A stretch of 64,000 nt of DNA from a virus, in IMG/VR virus record IMGVR_UViG_3300050343_000163; one strand, written 5' to 3'. Shown here in pieces: positions 45,633-56,356 of the stretch (position 1 is its first letter; every line of letters starts with the position of its first letter). Under the pieces are notes generated by a model. That model searched no databases and was not told where the DNA came from. It worked only from the letters and a program-made list of their open reading frames with translations. Made by a program: the position numbers and the translations under genes.

Positions 45633-45953
45633 TTAACGTTGAAATACTCTTTGAATAGGAACTTGTTTTAATTTATCGATAACATCAGACTCGACTCTAC
45701 TAACAATTTTATCTAACAAGTCTACATCTATGTGCATGAAAGGTGGGATAATACCAAGCAGACGAAGTAAACCATCCACAAATAATGCAAGAGTTGTGAA
45801 TCCTAAGATCATACTAATAACAGTAGCGTCCCGATTATGTTTCGCCATTGAATCTTCGTCTATCTTTCTAGCTTCACTAACTGCTTTCTCTACTGCTTGT
45901 TCAATCAGTATGTCAATTTCTTCTTTTGTGTAGCTAGTCTGGTTGGTCTTCAT
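45633..45953 (-). CDS. Conserved cyanophage/cyanobacterial membrane protein
   Basis: KHNRDATVISMILGFTTLALFVDGLLRLLGIIPPF. Confidence 0.7.
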   Translation of the reverse strand: MKTNQTSYTKEEIDILIEQAVEKAVSEARKIDEDSMAKHNRDATVISMILGFTTLALFVDGLLRLLGIIPPFMHIDVDLLDKIVSRVESDVIDKLKQVPIQRVFQR

Positions 45954-46125
45954 TGTTCCAAAAGTCTTCCCAGTCTGTGTCTGAGTTTGTAACATCCTTA
46001 ATATTTTTATTATCTAAGTAAGCTAATTTAATTCCTCTTGATTCTAAAACAATTTTTTTAGCTTCGGTCATTTGTTTATGATAAAAAACAATTGGTTGTT
46101 CATGTAATCCAATATCACCACTCAT
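45934..46125 (-). CDS. Hypothetical protein
   Basis: 63 aa ORF. Confidence 0.6.
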   Translation of the reverse strand: MSGDIGLHEQPIVFYHKQMTEAKKIVLESRGIKLAYLDNKNIKDVTNSDTDWEDFWNNEDQPD

Positions 46126-46297
46126 CTAATTCCTCCTCTTCGTCCCATACTTCATACGGTCCATATTGCATACGTTTTAATTTTTCAGTCTCTGATCTAA
46201 ATGATTTTGTTTCTGATATCCAAACAACAAATTTCATTACAATAAAAATTGTTGCTAGTGGAGACAAACATAATAATAATATTAATGATTGATTCAT
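46115..46297 (-). CDS. Small membrane protein
   Basis: N-terminal TM segment, acidic tail. Confidence 0.6.
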   Translation of the reverse strand: MNQSLILLLCLSPLATIFIVMKFVVWISETKSFRSETEKLKRMQYGPYEVWDEEEELDEW

Positions 46298-46470
46298 TGA
46301 CTATATTCGTTTATGATATCTAATACCTTATCTAGGGAATTATGAGCACCGTCATACCACTGACCTGTCTGACCTGTTAGACTAGAACTAGTATCTTTAT
46401 CATACAATTCAGTTTTTAATTTATATACCTTTGCAAGCATGTCTGTTTTACGTAAGCTACCACGAGGCAT
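46294..46470 (-). CDS. Small hypothetical protein (58 aa)
   Basis: MPRGSLRKTDMLAKVYKLK...; TTAAATA late promoter at 46493-46499; read by eye. Confidence 0.6.
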   Translation of the reverse strand: MPRGSLRKTDMLAKVYKLKTELYDKDTSSSLTGQTGQWYDGAHNSLDKVLDIINEYSQ

Positions 46471-46503
46471 AATAATTAATCGATACTACTCCTATTTAAG
46501 CAT

Positions 46504-46529
46504 AAAAAAAGGGACCCCGTAGGGTCCCT
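46504..46529 (-). terminator. g23 rho-independent terminator
   Basis: AGGGACCC-loop-GGGTCCCT stem followed by a T7 tract. Confidence 0.9.
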
Positions 46530-46549
46530 GTGTTGATTTCGTAACCGTA

Positions 46550-47974
46550 TCAGGTGAGGTTCGCAACGCGAACACGTCTGTAATACTGGTTGCGGTTGTG
46601 TGTAAGTGCCTCGGCATCAGGTGTGCCGTTGCTCTGTACAACGAATGGGTTAGCAACCATACCGTAGCGTGTCTTGAAGCCAATCTTGGGCTGGAAGGTG
46701 CTAGGGTCAATGCTTCTGAGCATTTGTAGGGGAACGTATGGGCAGTAGAACAGTCCACTGTCATAAGGTGAAGAACCCTTATAACCAACTACGTAGTAGT
46801 GGGTGTTAGAAACGTTAGCAGAGTAAGGATCAACAAAGACCTTAATGCGTCCGTTCATTGTACCTACAAGTAGGTTACCTGTGTCATCAACTTCACCGAT
46901 GGAAGGACCACCAGCGCCGCTTAGACCTGAGGAATAGTCGAGTGTGCCAGACATGGCAAGAGCAGAAGCTACATCAGCAGAAGTGATGATGAAGTTGCCC
47001 TTTCCTCTACGAGTTTGCTGCGCGATAGCGTTAGCATCTCTTTCAATCTGGAACATAAGTCCCTTGAATTTCTCAACAGACCATCTGCCGTTGCTGTCAA
47101 CGTCGAGGTCAAATACGCCAGCGTTAGCAACGTTGTTCTGTGCGCCAGACTTAGCGACAGTGTAAACGGTTCTAACAACTTCACGGTTGATTTCAGCAAG
47201 GATCTCACTAGACAGTAAGTTAGCAAGTTCCTGCTCAGCATCAAGACCATGAATTGCTTTCAAGTCTTGAGCAAGTTCTAGAGTGTATTCTGCTTTCAAA
47301 GCACGAGTCTTTGCAGTAACAGAAGTCTTCTCGATGCTGAAGCTCATCTCGTTGAATAGGGTTGAACCCGATCCTAGTGCTTCTGCATCTTCTCTAGCGA
47401 TGTTGCCTGCTTGGCGCTCGTAGTTAGCAGCAGTTGTGCCGCCGCCTGTAGCGTCGTTAAGCAGTGCAGGGTTAGCATCAGTTGCACCACCGTCTCCAAG
47501 AGGAGAAACGGGGTCGTTGTATGCTGCAGGACCCTGTGAGTTACCAGAGAAGTTGGTGTCAGGCTCGTTGTAGAGTGCTTCTGAACCAGCGCGTAGTGCA
47601 GCGCCATTCTCTTGATAATGTGACTTCATAGCAAAGATTAGTCCAGTAGGACCGCTCATTGGTTGAACGCCACAGATGTCGTATGCTACCAAGTTAGGCA
47701 TGGCACGACGGATTAGGGAGATCATTACAGGATCGAAACCTGCAAGTCCACCAGTTTGAGTACCGAGACCGCTACCAGATAGTGCGTTTGTACCGATAGC
47801 ACCAACAGTGTTGGATGCTTCGTTGATCATACCACGCTCTTCACGTAGTTGTGATTCTGTGTTTTCTAACAGAACAGCGGTAACAGCCTTTCTATAATTG
47901 TCTTTGATGGCAACAGAGCCTTCATGACCTAGAACAGGTGCCCACTTTTCGGTTAGAGCTTTTGAGTTAAACAT
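46550..47974 (-). CDS. g23: Major capsid protein (gp23)
   Basis: DPVMISLIRRAMP, GVQPMSGPTGLIFAM, LKAEYT, FYCPYVPL, GFKTRYG. Confidence 0.99.
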   Translation of the reverse strand: MFNSKALTEKWAPVLGHEGSVAIKDNYRKAVTAVLLENTESQLREERGMINEASNTVGAIGTNALSGSGLGTQTGGLAGFDPVMISLIRRAMPNLVAYDICGVQPMSGPTGLIFAMKSHYQENGAALRAGSEALYNEPDTNFSGNSQGPAAYNDPVSPLGDGGATDANPALLNDATGGGTTAANYERQAGNIAREDAEALGSGSTLFNEMSFSIEKTSVTAKTRALKAEYTLELAQDLKAIHGLDAEQELANLLSSEILAEINREVVRTVYTVAKSGAQNNVANAGVFDLDVDSNGRWSVEKFKGLMFQIERDANAIAQQTRRGKGNFIITSADVASALAMSGTLDYSSGLSGAGGPSIGEVDDTGNLLVGTMNGRIKVFVDPYSANVSNTHYYVVGYKGSSPYDSGLFYCPYVPLQMLRSIDPSTFQPKIGFKTRYGMVANPFVVQSNGTPDAEALTHNRNQYYRRVRVANLT

Positions 47975-48018
47975 TTTGTTTAATTGCTCCGAATTAAAAA
48001 TTTATGGGTTAGTTATTA

Positions 48019-49176
48019 TCAGGATTTCCAGTGGTTGAGTGCGGTAAGGTATTGTGCCATTGCTGGTGTTACCTCTGCGTTCTCTCCTTCTACTGGAGTT
48101 TCGTCTGCAACTTCACTTTGAGTTACAGTTGCTTCCTTGAAATAGGACTCCTTAATGGTTTTCACCTTCTTGGAGAACTCTTCCTCGGTAGTAAACTCAA
48201 CACCCTCAGAGAGTGCAGCGAGTTTGTCCTTCTGAGTATCTGCAAGTCCTTCTGAAACAGTGTTCAGAATATTGAGTTTGGCAGTCTCGTTAAGACGTTT
48301 TTGTAATTTCACATTAGCTTTGACCTGTTCGTCAAGGCGCTCTTCCATTTCACGAATAGAGTCAGCCATACCTTCTACCACGTCAACTTTCTCGTCGGGG
48401 ATAGCGATATAGTGCTCTTCAAAGAGACCCTTCAGACCTGCGATGAAGTCTTCAGTAATCTCATTTCTGATTCCACGGTCCACAGCAACTTGGTTTTGCT
48501 CCATCCATGTACCGATGGCGTAGTTCACAGTGCCGTTAACTTCTTCGGATAGTTCTGCCTTAGCGGCATCTACTTGCTTATCCAATTCAGTGGCAAAGTG
48601 TTCTACAAGCTTGTCATACTCTTCAGAAATTTTTGCTTTAACGGCAGCTTCAAAGATTGTCTTTGCCTTTTCAGCAAACTCTTCTGAGAGTTCTGTGCCC
48701 TCTACTAGGGCAGCAACGTCAGCGGAAACATCAAGTTCCTCAAACGAAGGTTTGATAGGATAACCAACAGGACCACCTACCTTGGTTCCATATGCAACTT
48801 CAGCACCAACTGAAGGGGCAGCATCAGGAGAGTCGCCTGCACGCTGTTGAGGATCACCCGATACTTGAGAGATGGGTGCAGCGGCTTTAGCGCCAGGATT
48901 TTCTTCGCCGTCATCGTCGTCTTCGTTAGGAGCAGTCGATGTACCACCAAGATCAGTTACTGACTGACCTGCTGGAGCAGCAGAAGGGTCTACTTTTGGT
49001 TGGGGATCTTTGCCGCTACCAGAACTAGTCTGTGCGTCAGAGACCTGAGTGGGTTCACTACCAGTGCCAGGGATAACAGTTGCAGAAACAGTAGGCATTG
49101 GATCTGCCGCGTTCTCTACGATCACCTTTTGCTCGGTAACGAATTCCTCAAACTTTTCGTTAAGCTTGTCTGACAT
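48019..49176 (-). CDS. g22: Prohead core scaffold (gp22)
   Basis: KAKTIFEAAV, LFEEHYI; acidic. TATAAATA at 49217-49224. Confidence 0.92.
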   Translation of the reverse strand: MSDKLNEKFEEFVTEQKVIVENAADPMPTVSATVIPGTGSEPTQVSDAQTSSGSGKDPQPKVDPSAAPAGQSVTDLGGTSTAPNEDDDDGEENPGAKAAAPISQVSGDPQQRAGDSPDAAPSVGAEVAYGTKVGGPVGYPIKPSFEELDVSADVAALVEGTELSEEFAEKAKTIFEAAVKAKISEEYDKLVEHFATELDKQVDAAKAELSEEVNGTVNYAIGTWMEQNQVAVDRGIRNEITEDFIAGLKGLFEEHYIAIPDEKVDVVEGMADSIREMEERLDEQVKANVKLQKRLNETAKLNILNTVSEGLADTQKDKLAALSEGVEFTTEEEFSKKVKTIKESYFKEATVTQSEVADETPVEGENAEVTPAMAQYLTALNHWKS

Positions 49177-49227
49177 TTGAGTTTACCTCGTAATTTCCGT
49201 ATTATTAATCTAAGTTTATTTATAGAA

Positions 49228-49872
49228 TCAAAGATTTGAGAGGAAATGCTCAAACACTTTGAGCGTTTTCTCTTCCATGGAGCGGCGGTTAGCACCTTCC
49301 ATGTATCTCTGGTATTTAGCAACTTCTCTTTCTTTTAAAAGACCGTTGTCCCATACCCATTCTTTACCTTCCATGATTCCATTTACAAAAGCATCAGGTG
49401 CGGAAGGATCTGCTACAATATCTGCAGCAGTTGTAAGCATGAAGTCATCTGCAACAACGTTGCAGTCTTCACTTCTTTGAATGCTTCCCATACCACGAGA
49501 GGAAACACCTAACTGAACTCCTTCGCCAAGTAGATTCTTAGCGATGTTACCCATTGGGGTATCTAAAATTTGTGCCTTTCCAATAAAGTTATTACCCTCT
49601 GCTTTGAGAGAAATAATTCTATGCGACACTCTATCGAGATTGATGGTAGGACCATCTGGATGACCGAGTTCACCTAAAGCACGCTTAGATTGTACGTACT
49701 CTTCATTGTATCTCTTGACCTCTCGCTCAAGAACACTATAAGGATACATACGACCATTGCGGTTCTTTAGTTCTGATTGAAGGAAGACACCTTCAATATA
49801 CAGAAGTTTTTTTCCGTTTTTCTCCTCAGTAAGGAGTTTAACGTTTTCAATCGTTTCCGTTATCAGTTTCAT
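49228..49872 (-). CDS. g21: Prohead protease (gp21)
   Basis: NRNGRMY, GELGHP, VSSRGMGS, DIVADPSAPDA. Confidence 0.97.
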   Translation of the reverse strand: MKLITETIENVKLLTEEKNGKKLLYIEGVFLQSELKNRNGRMYPYSVLEREVKRYNEEYVQSKRALGELGHPDGPTINLDRVSHRIISLKAEGNNFIGKAQILDTPMGNIAKNLLGEGVQLGVSSRGMGSIQRSEDCNVVADDFMLTTAADIVADPSAPDAFVNGIMEGKEWVWDNGLLKEREVAKYQRYMEGANRRSMEEKTLKVFEHFLSNL

Positions 49873-50068
49873 CGGGTTCTTCCGTTTCGGTAGGTTCGTC
49901 AAAGAATGTATTTGCTACCACTTTTTTGTAACCTGCCATAGCTTCGGAAGCTTTGGAAAATAACATGTCATGGATAGCATCGATCGCAGATGCTCTTTGA
50001 TTATCATTGATTTTTCCAACGATATCTACAGCACCTACTTCGTTATTAACTTCAGTGTTTTCAGGCAT
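49847..50068 (-). CDS. Small prohead core protein candidate (gp67/68 position)
   Basis: 73 aa acidic ORF between g20 and g21, with its own AATAAATA. Confidence 0.6.
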   Translation of the reverse strand: MPENTEVNNEVGAVDIVGKINDNQRASAIDAIHDMLFSKASEAMAGYKKVVANTFFDEPTETEEPDETDNGND

Positions 50069-50087
50069 AATAATGATTCAGTATATT

Positions 50088-51791
50088 TTATTTATTATTT
50101 GGAGAAGGTTTAGGTGCGGATTTTGCTCTTTTTAAATCTCTTTCGAGCGCAGCATCAGCTGAGGCAGCATCTCTTTCTGCAGCATCATCTGCTTGCATAC
50201 CCTGAATTTCAGGGGCGAGTGCCTGATTTGTTTGCTGCATGTTATCAAGAACATTGACTTCCACAGGATCGATAGCAAGACCAGTATCAATATCTGATCT
50301 CATCTGTTTATCAATCTCACGCATATCCTTAGCAGTTTGTCCAAGAATTTCTTTACGAATATATTCTGTAGAAAAATATTTTCCAACAAAAGGATCCATT
50401 TGACTAACAGTCATCATACGTTGGTTCATCATTTCAATGTTTTTTAATTCATTAAAATGATTATCAAATAAGAAGTCATATTGAATATGCTCTTTCATTT
50501 CATCCCAATCTTCAGGAGCAATTACTCCTTTAAGGATGAGCTGAGTCTTGAGCATGTCTTGGAACATCTCAGAGAATCTCTTGCGGAGACGACCAATGAA
50601 CTTCGTGAACTTAAGTTCGTCACGGAGGACTTCAGTGGTCTTACCGAGATTGAATCCTTTATTGTCGTCTGTGAGACGGGAAGGAGGAAGATTGAGAGAG
50701 TTATAAAGTTTCTTTTTAAAATACTCAACGTCCTTAAGTTCTCCAAGGTTCTGTCCTCCAGGCAACGTAGTAATTTCAGTACCACGTCCACCCTCTCTAC
50801 GAGGCAACCAGAAATCCTCAAGCATACTCATGTGCTTTTTGTCGTCACGCATTTCACCAGTGTTTGCGTCATACACTAGCTTATTACGATAGCGACTCAT
50901 AACATCACGAAGATATTGTTCCGCTTTTACCTTAGGTAGATTACCAACATCAATGTAGAAAATTCTACGTTCAGGAGCACGGGACAATCTGTAGATAACA
51001 ATTGAATCTTCAATCATTCTAAGTTGATTGAGTGTCTTGATTGACTTGTGAAGGAAACCAAGAGTCATTCTTTTGTTTAAATCTTGTAGTCCAGAAGGAC
51101 AGAATGTAATTGAATCAGTTGCCATCTTGACACCCTGAGACAAAGACATATCGCCAACTGGTCCTAATACACCACCCTTATAAAAACCTTTTGGGTTATA
51201 AAGATAGTAGTCAACAAACGTACCGTATTCAAACTCAAGCGCAGTGCCCTTGATTGCCTCACGAGCTAGAGAGTCTTTCGGTTTGTTTTCAAGTTTTTGA
51301 CGAACCTTCTTGATCTTCATGGGATCAATGTACCGAAGTTCCGTAATACCTTTCTTTGGATTATCTAAATCGATAACCTTGTGATAATAAAGTCTTCCGT
51401 CAATATACCAAGATCTGACAATCTCATGTGCGCGATGGTCAAAGTTTAAAAGTTTTTTGAGGTATTCAAATTCGTCACGAATTTTTCTTTTAATTCCCAT
51501 GCCAGCATCTAGATTGTCTAGATTAACTTCAACGGGGGTATCGTGAGCATCGCTCACAATAAATTCATTAACGACTTCATCAACAGCACTATCAACCTCA
51601 GGATGTAGTGCCATGTCACGATAACGACGGATCATTTCAAACTCATTACGAGCTTGATTATCCGTGTCTACATATGTTCCATAATATCCACCTGCTGCTA
51701 CGGCAATTGCCTCATCAGCATTAGGAGGGACAGGGGACTGACCCTTCTGACCCTCCTTGCGATTAATTTGGAAGCCAAATAACTGACTCAT
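50088..51791 (-). CDS. g20: Portal protein (gp20)
   Basis: IYRLSRAPERRIFYIDVGNLP, EDFWLPRREGGRGTEI. Confidence 0.99.
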   Translation of the reverse strand: MSQLFGFQINRKEGQKGQSPVPPNADEAIAVAAGGYYGTYVDTDNQARNEFEMIRRYRDMALHPEVDSAVDEVVNEFIVSDAHDTPVEVNLDNLDAGMGIKRKIRDEFEYLKKLLNFDHRAHEIVRSWYIDGRLYYHKVIDLDNPKKGITELRYIDPMKIKKVRQKLENKPKDSLAREAIKGTALEFEYGTFVDYYLYNPKGFYKGGVLGPVGDMSLSQGVKMATDSITFCPSGLQDLNKRMTLGFLHKSIKTLNQLRMIEDSIVIYRLSRAPERRIFYIDVGNLPKVKAEQYLRDVMSRYRNKLVYDANTGEMRDDKKHMSMLEDFWLPRREGGRGTEITTLPGGQNLGELKDVEYFKKKLYNSLNLPPSRLTDDNKGFNLGKTTEVLRDELKFTKFIGRLRKRFSEMFQDMLKTQLILKGVIAPEDWDEMKEHIQYDFLFDNHFNELKNIEMMNQRMMTVSQMDPFVGKYFSTEYIRKEILGQTAKDMREIDKQMRSDIDTGLAIDPVEVNVLDNMQQTNQALAPEIQGMQADDAAERDAASADAALERDLKRAKSAPKPSPNNK

Positions 51792-51828
51792 GATTACCTA
51801 TTCAAATAAGTATGCTTCCAACTATTTA

Positions 51829-52416
51829 TCAGACCACGCCGATGGTACTTACGCCTTCGCGTGAACCACCTTGTGCAGTGAAATAAGAATACTGCCACTC
51901 AACTGTGAATTCTTCAATCTGGTCATTGCTATCATAAGCAAGATCGATTGGAGAAACGTTAGTTGGGAAACAATGCAGTAGTGTATACTGTCTTAAGACA
52001 GCTCCACCTGCAGAAGCATCCTTTTCAAGTTGCTTAACAATTAGTTCACCCATGTAACCATCACTCTTGTTAGGTTTGAACAGAGGAGCAGAGTTATCAT
52101 CATGAGTATTGATGGTATTTGCCCACTGCTCAAAGAAGGAGCGTAGTTTAAGATCCTTATCGTTGAAGAATGTTGCAGTCCATGTATCGAAGGTACGATC
52201 ACCTGCGATTTTAACTGTTCTTCCTCTGAAAGGAACTTCGATCACACCCAAGTTAGAACCTGGAAGTGCTGCAGACTTGCACATTACGTTGATCAAGTCT
52301 TGCGAATCGTTTTTATCTAGAACATCAGGAAACTTGATGTCAACCATAAACATGTTAGGTTTGACGCCTTGCCCGATATTCTGTAAAAACGAACTTACGT
52401 TATTGACTGTTGCCAT
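51829..52416 (-). CDS. g19: Tail tube protein (gp19)
   Basis: LPGSNLGVIEVPFRGR...AGDRTFDTW, FPTNVS. Confidence 0.97.
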   Translation of the reverse strand: MATVNNVSSFLQNIGQGVKPNMFMVDIKFPDVLDKNDSQDLINVMCKSAALPGSNLGVIEVPFRGRTVKIAGDRTFDTWTATFFNDKDLKLRSFFEQWANTINTHDDNSAPLFKPNKSDGYMGELIVKQLEKDASAGGAVLRQYTLLHCFPTNVSPIDLAYDSNDQIEEFTVEWQYSYFTAQGGSREGVSTIGVV

Positions 52417-52454
52417 TGTTTTTTACCTCGTGTTTTTTCTCGTTATATTTTAGA

Positions 52455-54365
52455 TTATCTACCGACGACTTCAGCGAACGAGACACCCGTTCTTGTAGCA
52501 GTTACAGTAACTGTTACGTAATTAATCGAGCGTGTAGGCTTGAGGTAGAGTTCAGCAACAAACTCATTTCTGTCAATGACTTCAGGAGTATTGTTGGTAT
52601 CATCGCAAACAACTAGGAAATCAGTTACACCTCTACGTGCCTGAACCTCAGCAAGGTAAGAACCAATAGAGGAAGCAAACCCTGAACGAGTTGTTTCATC
52701 ATTCTGTTCAAATAGAACTGCTTCTGCAAGTCCTCTAGCTCTCTTCTCAACATTGAGGAAGAGACGACGAACGTTAATACGATCGAAAGAAGAAGGTGAT
52801 GCAAGTGCAGTTTTGTCTCCAAATAGGATAGGACCTGAGCCAGGGAAGGCAACGATTGGGTTCACTGCACTGGTGTAAAGATCATCTCTCTGTGCCTTGT
52901 TAGGGTTGAAAGCAAGTTTTACAACATTTTGTAGACCACCACGACTAGTTCCTGCGGGAGAGAACCAATCATCTAGAATTGCGGAAGTAGAAACACAAAG
53001 ACCAGCAACGTCACCGTTACAACCAATGTAACGATACTTGTCGTTGAATCTATCGTATGTGTACTTAAGTCCACTGTCTTTTACAACGTAAGAACTAGAA
53101 GCAATGTTATCCATGAAGGATAGTGTGTTAGCTAATTGAGTTGCAGGTGTAAGTGCAGCACCACCAGAGGTAGCTATTTGAGCACCAGACCAAGGAGAAA
53201 CGAATGCAATGCAATCCTTTCTGCTATTTGCAACAGCAGCAACTGCTTGTGCTTTAGAAATTGTGTCTGCTTCGGTAGCAGCGTCACCACCCATTAGAAC
53301 GAAGTCTACAGTGGTTTCTTCAGTGTCTAGGAATAGATCGTATCCTGCTTGTACTTCACCAGCAGTGTATGCATAGTCATCAGTACCACCAGATAGAGAT
53401 CCACCAGCAGTAGACTTGATATATGCAATAACCAATGGAGATGCAGCAGTAGCACCGTAAGATGCAGCTGCAGCGCCAGGATCTTCACCAAGTGTACTAA
53501 ACTCAGCAGAACTTAATCCTTGACCTGCATAAACAAATCTAGAAAATTCATTAACAGTATTTTTCCAATAAGAAGAAGCACCTTCAGGTGACTTAGCATC
53601 AGAAAGTTTTGAAAGATATGTCAATCTTTCGACAATGGTGTTTGATGTTTCATCAATAACAGCAACGTGTACTTCGTCAGCAGATAGATAACGCTCGGAA
53701 GCGAAAGCAGAAGTGCCAGGACGAGGAGCAATAGATTTATATGTTAAACCAGTTGATCCGATTGGAAGTGCGTTCCAGTCAGAGTTGGTGAAAGCAGACT
53801 TAGTGAAACTGTTACCAGTTACTGCAGGAGCAGCACCTTCTTTAATACCAACAGTGTTAGCATCAATAACAACAGTAACTTCGTGATCGTTAGCACCGTC
53901 ATTAACTGTGCCACCAACAGCAAGACCGTGACCAGCTTTGGTCATCTTTGCATCTGCCACTTTATCTACAATAACAACACGAAGGTTGTTACCATCTGCG
54001 CCAGCATCTCTAGCAGCAAATTTTTCAGTAGTTACGCCTGCATCGAAGTCGTCCTTACTACCAACAAGAACTCCCGAACCAGAAACTGTTGCGTTTAGAA
54101 CTCCAGTAGCTGCACGAACAACAGCTAACGTTCCACCATAACGAAGGAATTCGGATGCTATTAACCAATCAGAAGCGTTTGCCTCATCTGGTGCTCCAAA
54201 TACATCAATAAGTTCTCTTTCAGAACCAATTTGTACAATTTTGCCTACTGGTCCTTTGCGGAATGAAGAGGACATAGCACCACGAAGGGCACTAGAACCA
54301 ACTACAACTGCATTGGACAAATCACGTTCTCTAATAACAACACCAGGCGAGACTTGACTTGCCAT
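52455..54365 (-). CDS. g18: Tail sheath protein (gp18)
   Basis: SPGVVIRERDL, WFSPAG, RINVRRLF. CTAAATA at 54402-54408. Confidence 0.98.
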   Translation of the reverse strand: MASQVSPGVVIRERDLSNAVVVGSSALRGAMSSSFRKGPVGKIVQIGSERELIDVFGAPDEANASDWLIASEFLRYGGTLAVVRAATGVLNATVSGSGVLVGSKDDFDAGVTTEKFAARDAGADGNNLRVVIVDKVADAKMTKAGHGLAVGGTVNDGANDHEVTVVIDANTVGIKEGAAPAVTGNSFTKSAFTNSDWNALPIGSTGLTYKSIAPRPGTSAFASERYLSADEVHVAVIDETSNTIVERLTYLSKLSDAKSPEGASSYWKNTVNEFSRFVYAGQGLSSAEFSTLGEDPGAAAASYGATAASPLVIAYIKSTAGGSLSGGTDDYAYTAGEVQAGYDLFLDTEETTVDFVLMGGDAATEADTISKAQAVAAVANSRKDCIAFVSPWSGAQIATSGGAALTPATQLANTLSFMDNIASSSYVVKDSGLKYTYDRFNDKYRYIGCNGDVAGLCVSTSAILDDWFSPAGTSRGGLQNVVKLAFNPNKAQRDDLYTSAVNPIVAFPGSGPILFGDKTALASPSSFDRINVRRLFLNVEKRARGLAEAVLFEQNDETTRSGFASSIGSYLAEVQARRGVTDFLVVCDDTNNTPEVIDRNEFVAELYLKPTRSINYVTVTVTATRTGVSFAEVVGR

Positions 54366-54449
54366 GTTTTTTTACCTCTAGATATCAAATTTATCTAAAT
54401 GTATTTAGAAATTCTTACTGCTCTAGAGGGGAAACAATGCATGAACAAC

Positions 54450-54680
54450 CTACCAGTCTGGATATATCCAATCAGACAAAGATTGTTTTATTTTTCTAGA
54501 ATTTAAAATTCTGTTGATCGTACAATCTTTACATTCATACGAATATGCTGATGGTAATCCTCTCTTAGATCTTCTAGTCATATAAAAATCTTCAATGAGA
54601 TTCTTGTTTTTATTGCAAGACCTACATCGTCTTTCTTTAAAAAGAAGGTGTTCTAAACTGAACTGCTCCCCAATATCCAT
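54450..54680 (-). CDS. Small Zn-finger protein
   Basis: CRSC...ECKDC; TGATG-coupled to g17. Confidence 0.7.
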   Translation of the reverse strand: MDIGEQFSLEHLLFKERRCRSCNKNKNLIEDFYMTRRSKRGLPSAYSYECKDCTINRILNSRKIKQSLSDWIYPDW

Positions 54681-56329
54681 CAGTAGTTCCACATATATCC
54701 AACTTCTTCTTGCTTGTCTCCGTATGCCCACAGATCGCCTTCTGCATCCAGGAAGGTATCGTCACCCATGCCATCATCAATAAAACCAAAAGGAGACATA
54801 TCCTGTTCAATTTGATTTCTTTGTTCATCGTAGATTCTCCTTCTAATATCTTGGTCAGTCATATCTTTAAAATATTCTTGCATGACTAACCATGCAAACA
54901 ATACCATACACATTACAAGGTCATCATGATAACCTTCATCTGCTTCCCATGCTTGTTTCTTTTGTACAAACGTAGTTAGCTCTTGGAAAATTTGGAAGTC
55001 ATTAAACAATAACTTATCTTCTTCAATAATAGCTTTGAGATTAGAGCAACCGATCTTCTTGACAGTTACACTCATCTTGACACCTAGTTGTGTTTTCGAT
55101 CCTGAGAACCCTTGCCCTACGACTTGACCTGCTCTACCACGCATCGCACACATAAGTACGTTGGGATATTCAAGATCGTAATTAAGAGTAGCAGCGATAG
55201 AATCTCCAATGTCATTTACCTCTACTAGAATATACGGGTTGTTATATTCTTTTGCTACTTGAAAGATTACCGAGGGAAACAGTACAGGTTTAATCTCATT
55301 ATTTCTGTACTTCGCAACGATCTGATACGGGACACTGGTGATATCAAACACGAGGAAAGCAGAATAGTCGCCACCAATTCCTCTGGCAACATCGACAGTA
55401 ATAATATATTCGTGATCTTTTTCTGCTCTCTTATAAACGTCAAGTCCTGCATTGCTAGCTATGGGGTCATGGAATGGTATAGTTTGTAATTTGGATGGAC
55501 TGATTAAAGTATCAGCAGATCCAAGGAAGTCACACTCAAACTCTTGTGCAAACTGTCTGGGTGAAGTATTTTTAATTGTCTCTTCTTTCCACTTAGCATC
55601 TCTGCCAGGTACTTGAGACCAGTGAACTTCATTTGTAGTATAATCATTTCTACCTCTACTAGCATCCTCCCACATCTTGTAGAAGTGATTCATGCCATTA
55701 GGCGTAGAGATAATAATTACTTTTGTTGATTTACCAGAAGTAATAGTAGGATATACTGATGCAAAGAATTGTTCTGCGACATGGTTAGGGACGAATGCAA
55801 ACTCGTCAAGGAATAGAATGTTGAAGGACATACCTCTAACCGCACTAGCAGAGGTAGAAGCAGCCAATATTTTAGATCCATTTTCGAGTTCGACATTACC
55901 TTTGTTCCATACTAATATTCCATGTTGCATCCATTTAGGTAGATTCTCGTAGGCAAGTTGTAATCTTCCTAGCAGTTCCCTAGCGGTAGATGCCTTGTTT
56001 GCAAGAATACCAATGTTGACACTATCATAAAAAATTGCGTAATAAAGAAGATAGGCAACCACAGTGGTACTTTTACCTGTCTGTCTAGGTAGCTTTGCGA
56101 TGTTGAATCTGTTTTCATGAAAATCATTTAGAATCTTTTTTTGAAAATCATACATGCTGAAAGGAACCAAACCTTCATCCAGCGAGATGATCTTGATATA
56201 GTTCATTGCAAAATAGATGGGATCACTCTTACACTTGATCCACTCATCAATTTGCTTTTTTGTAAACTGTATTGGGGTCCCAGCCTTTTTCAGGTTGGGA
56301 TTACCCAAATATACATCATTACTTGCCAC
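54680..56329 (-). CDS. g17: Terminase large subunit (gp17)
   Basis: PRQTGKST, LFLDEFAF, ISTPNG, DVARG, HDDLVM. CTAAATA at 56354-56360. Confidence 0.99.
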   Translation of the reverse strand: MASNDVYLGNPNLKKAGTPIQFTKKQIDEWIKCKSDPIYFAMNYIKIISLDEGLVPFSMYDFQKKILNDFHENRFNIAKLPRQTGKSTTVVAYLLYYAIFYDSVNIGILANKASTARELLGRLQLAYENLPKWMQHGILVWNKGNVELENGSKILAASTSASAVRGMSFNILFLDEFAFVPNHVAEQFFASVYPTITSGKSTKVIIISTPNGMNHFYKMWEDASRGRNDYTTNEVHWSQVPGRDAKWKEETIKNTSPRQFAQEFECDFLGSADTLISPSKLQTIPFHDPIASNAGLDVYKRAEKDHEYIITVDVARGIGGDYSAFLVFDITSVPYQIVAKYRNNEIKPVLFPSVIFQVAKEYNNPYILVEVNDIGDSIAATLNYDLEYPNVLMCAMRGRAGQVVGQGFSGSKTQLGVKMSVTVKKIGCSNLKAIIEEDKLLFNDFQIFQELTTFVQKKQAWEADEGYHDDLVMCMVLFAWLVMQEYFKDMTDQDIRRRIYDEQRNQIEQDMSPFGFIDDGMGDDTFLDAEGDLWAYGDKQEEVGYMWNY

Positions 56330-56356
56330 GACAAAAAATTAGTTCACTATTAATAT

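Noticed and set aside
46492-46788. 98 aa minus-strand ORF overlapping the g23 3' end and terminator
   Set aside because: It is out of frame within g23, runs through a strong terminator and has no recognisable motif.
9580-56329. Introns or inteins in nrdA, nrdB, g43, g41, g17, g20
   Set aside because: All are continuous and of normal length, with no splicing motifs or insertions seen.
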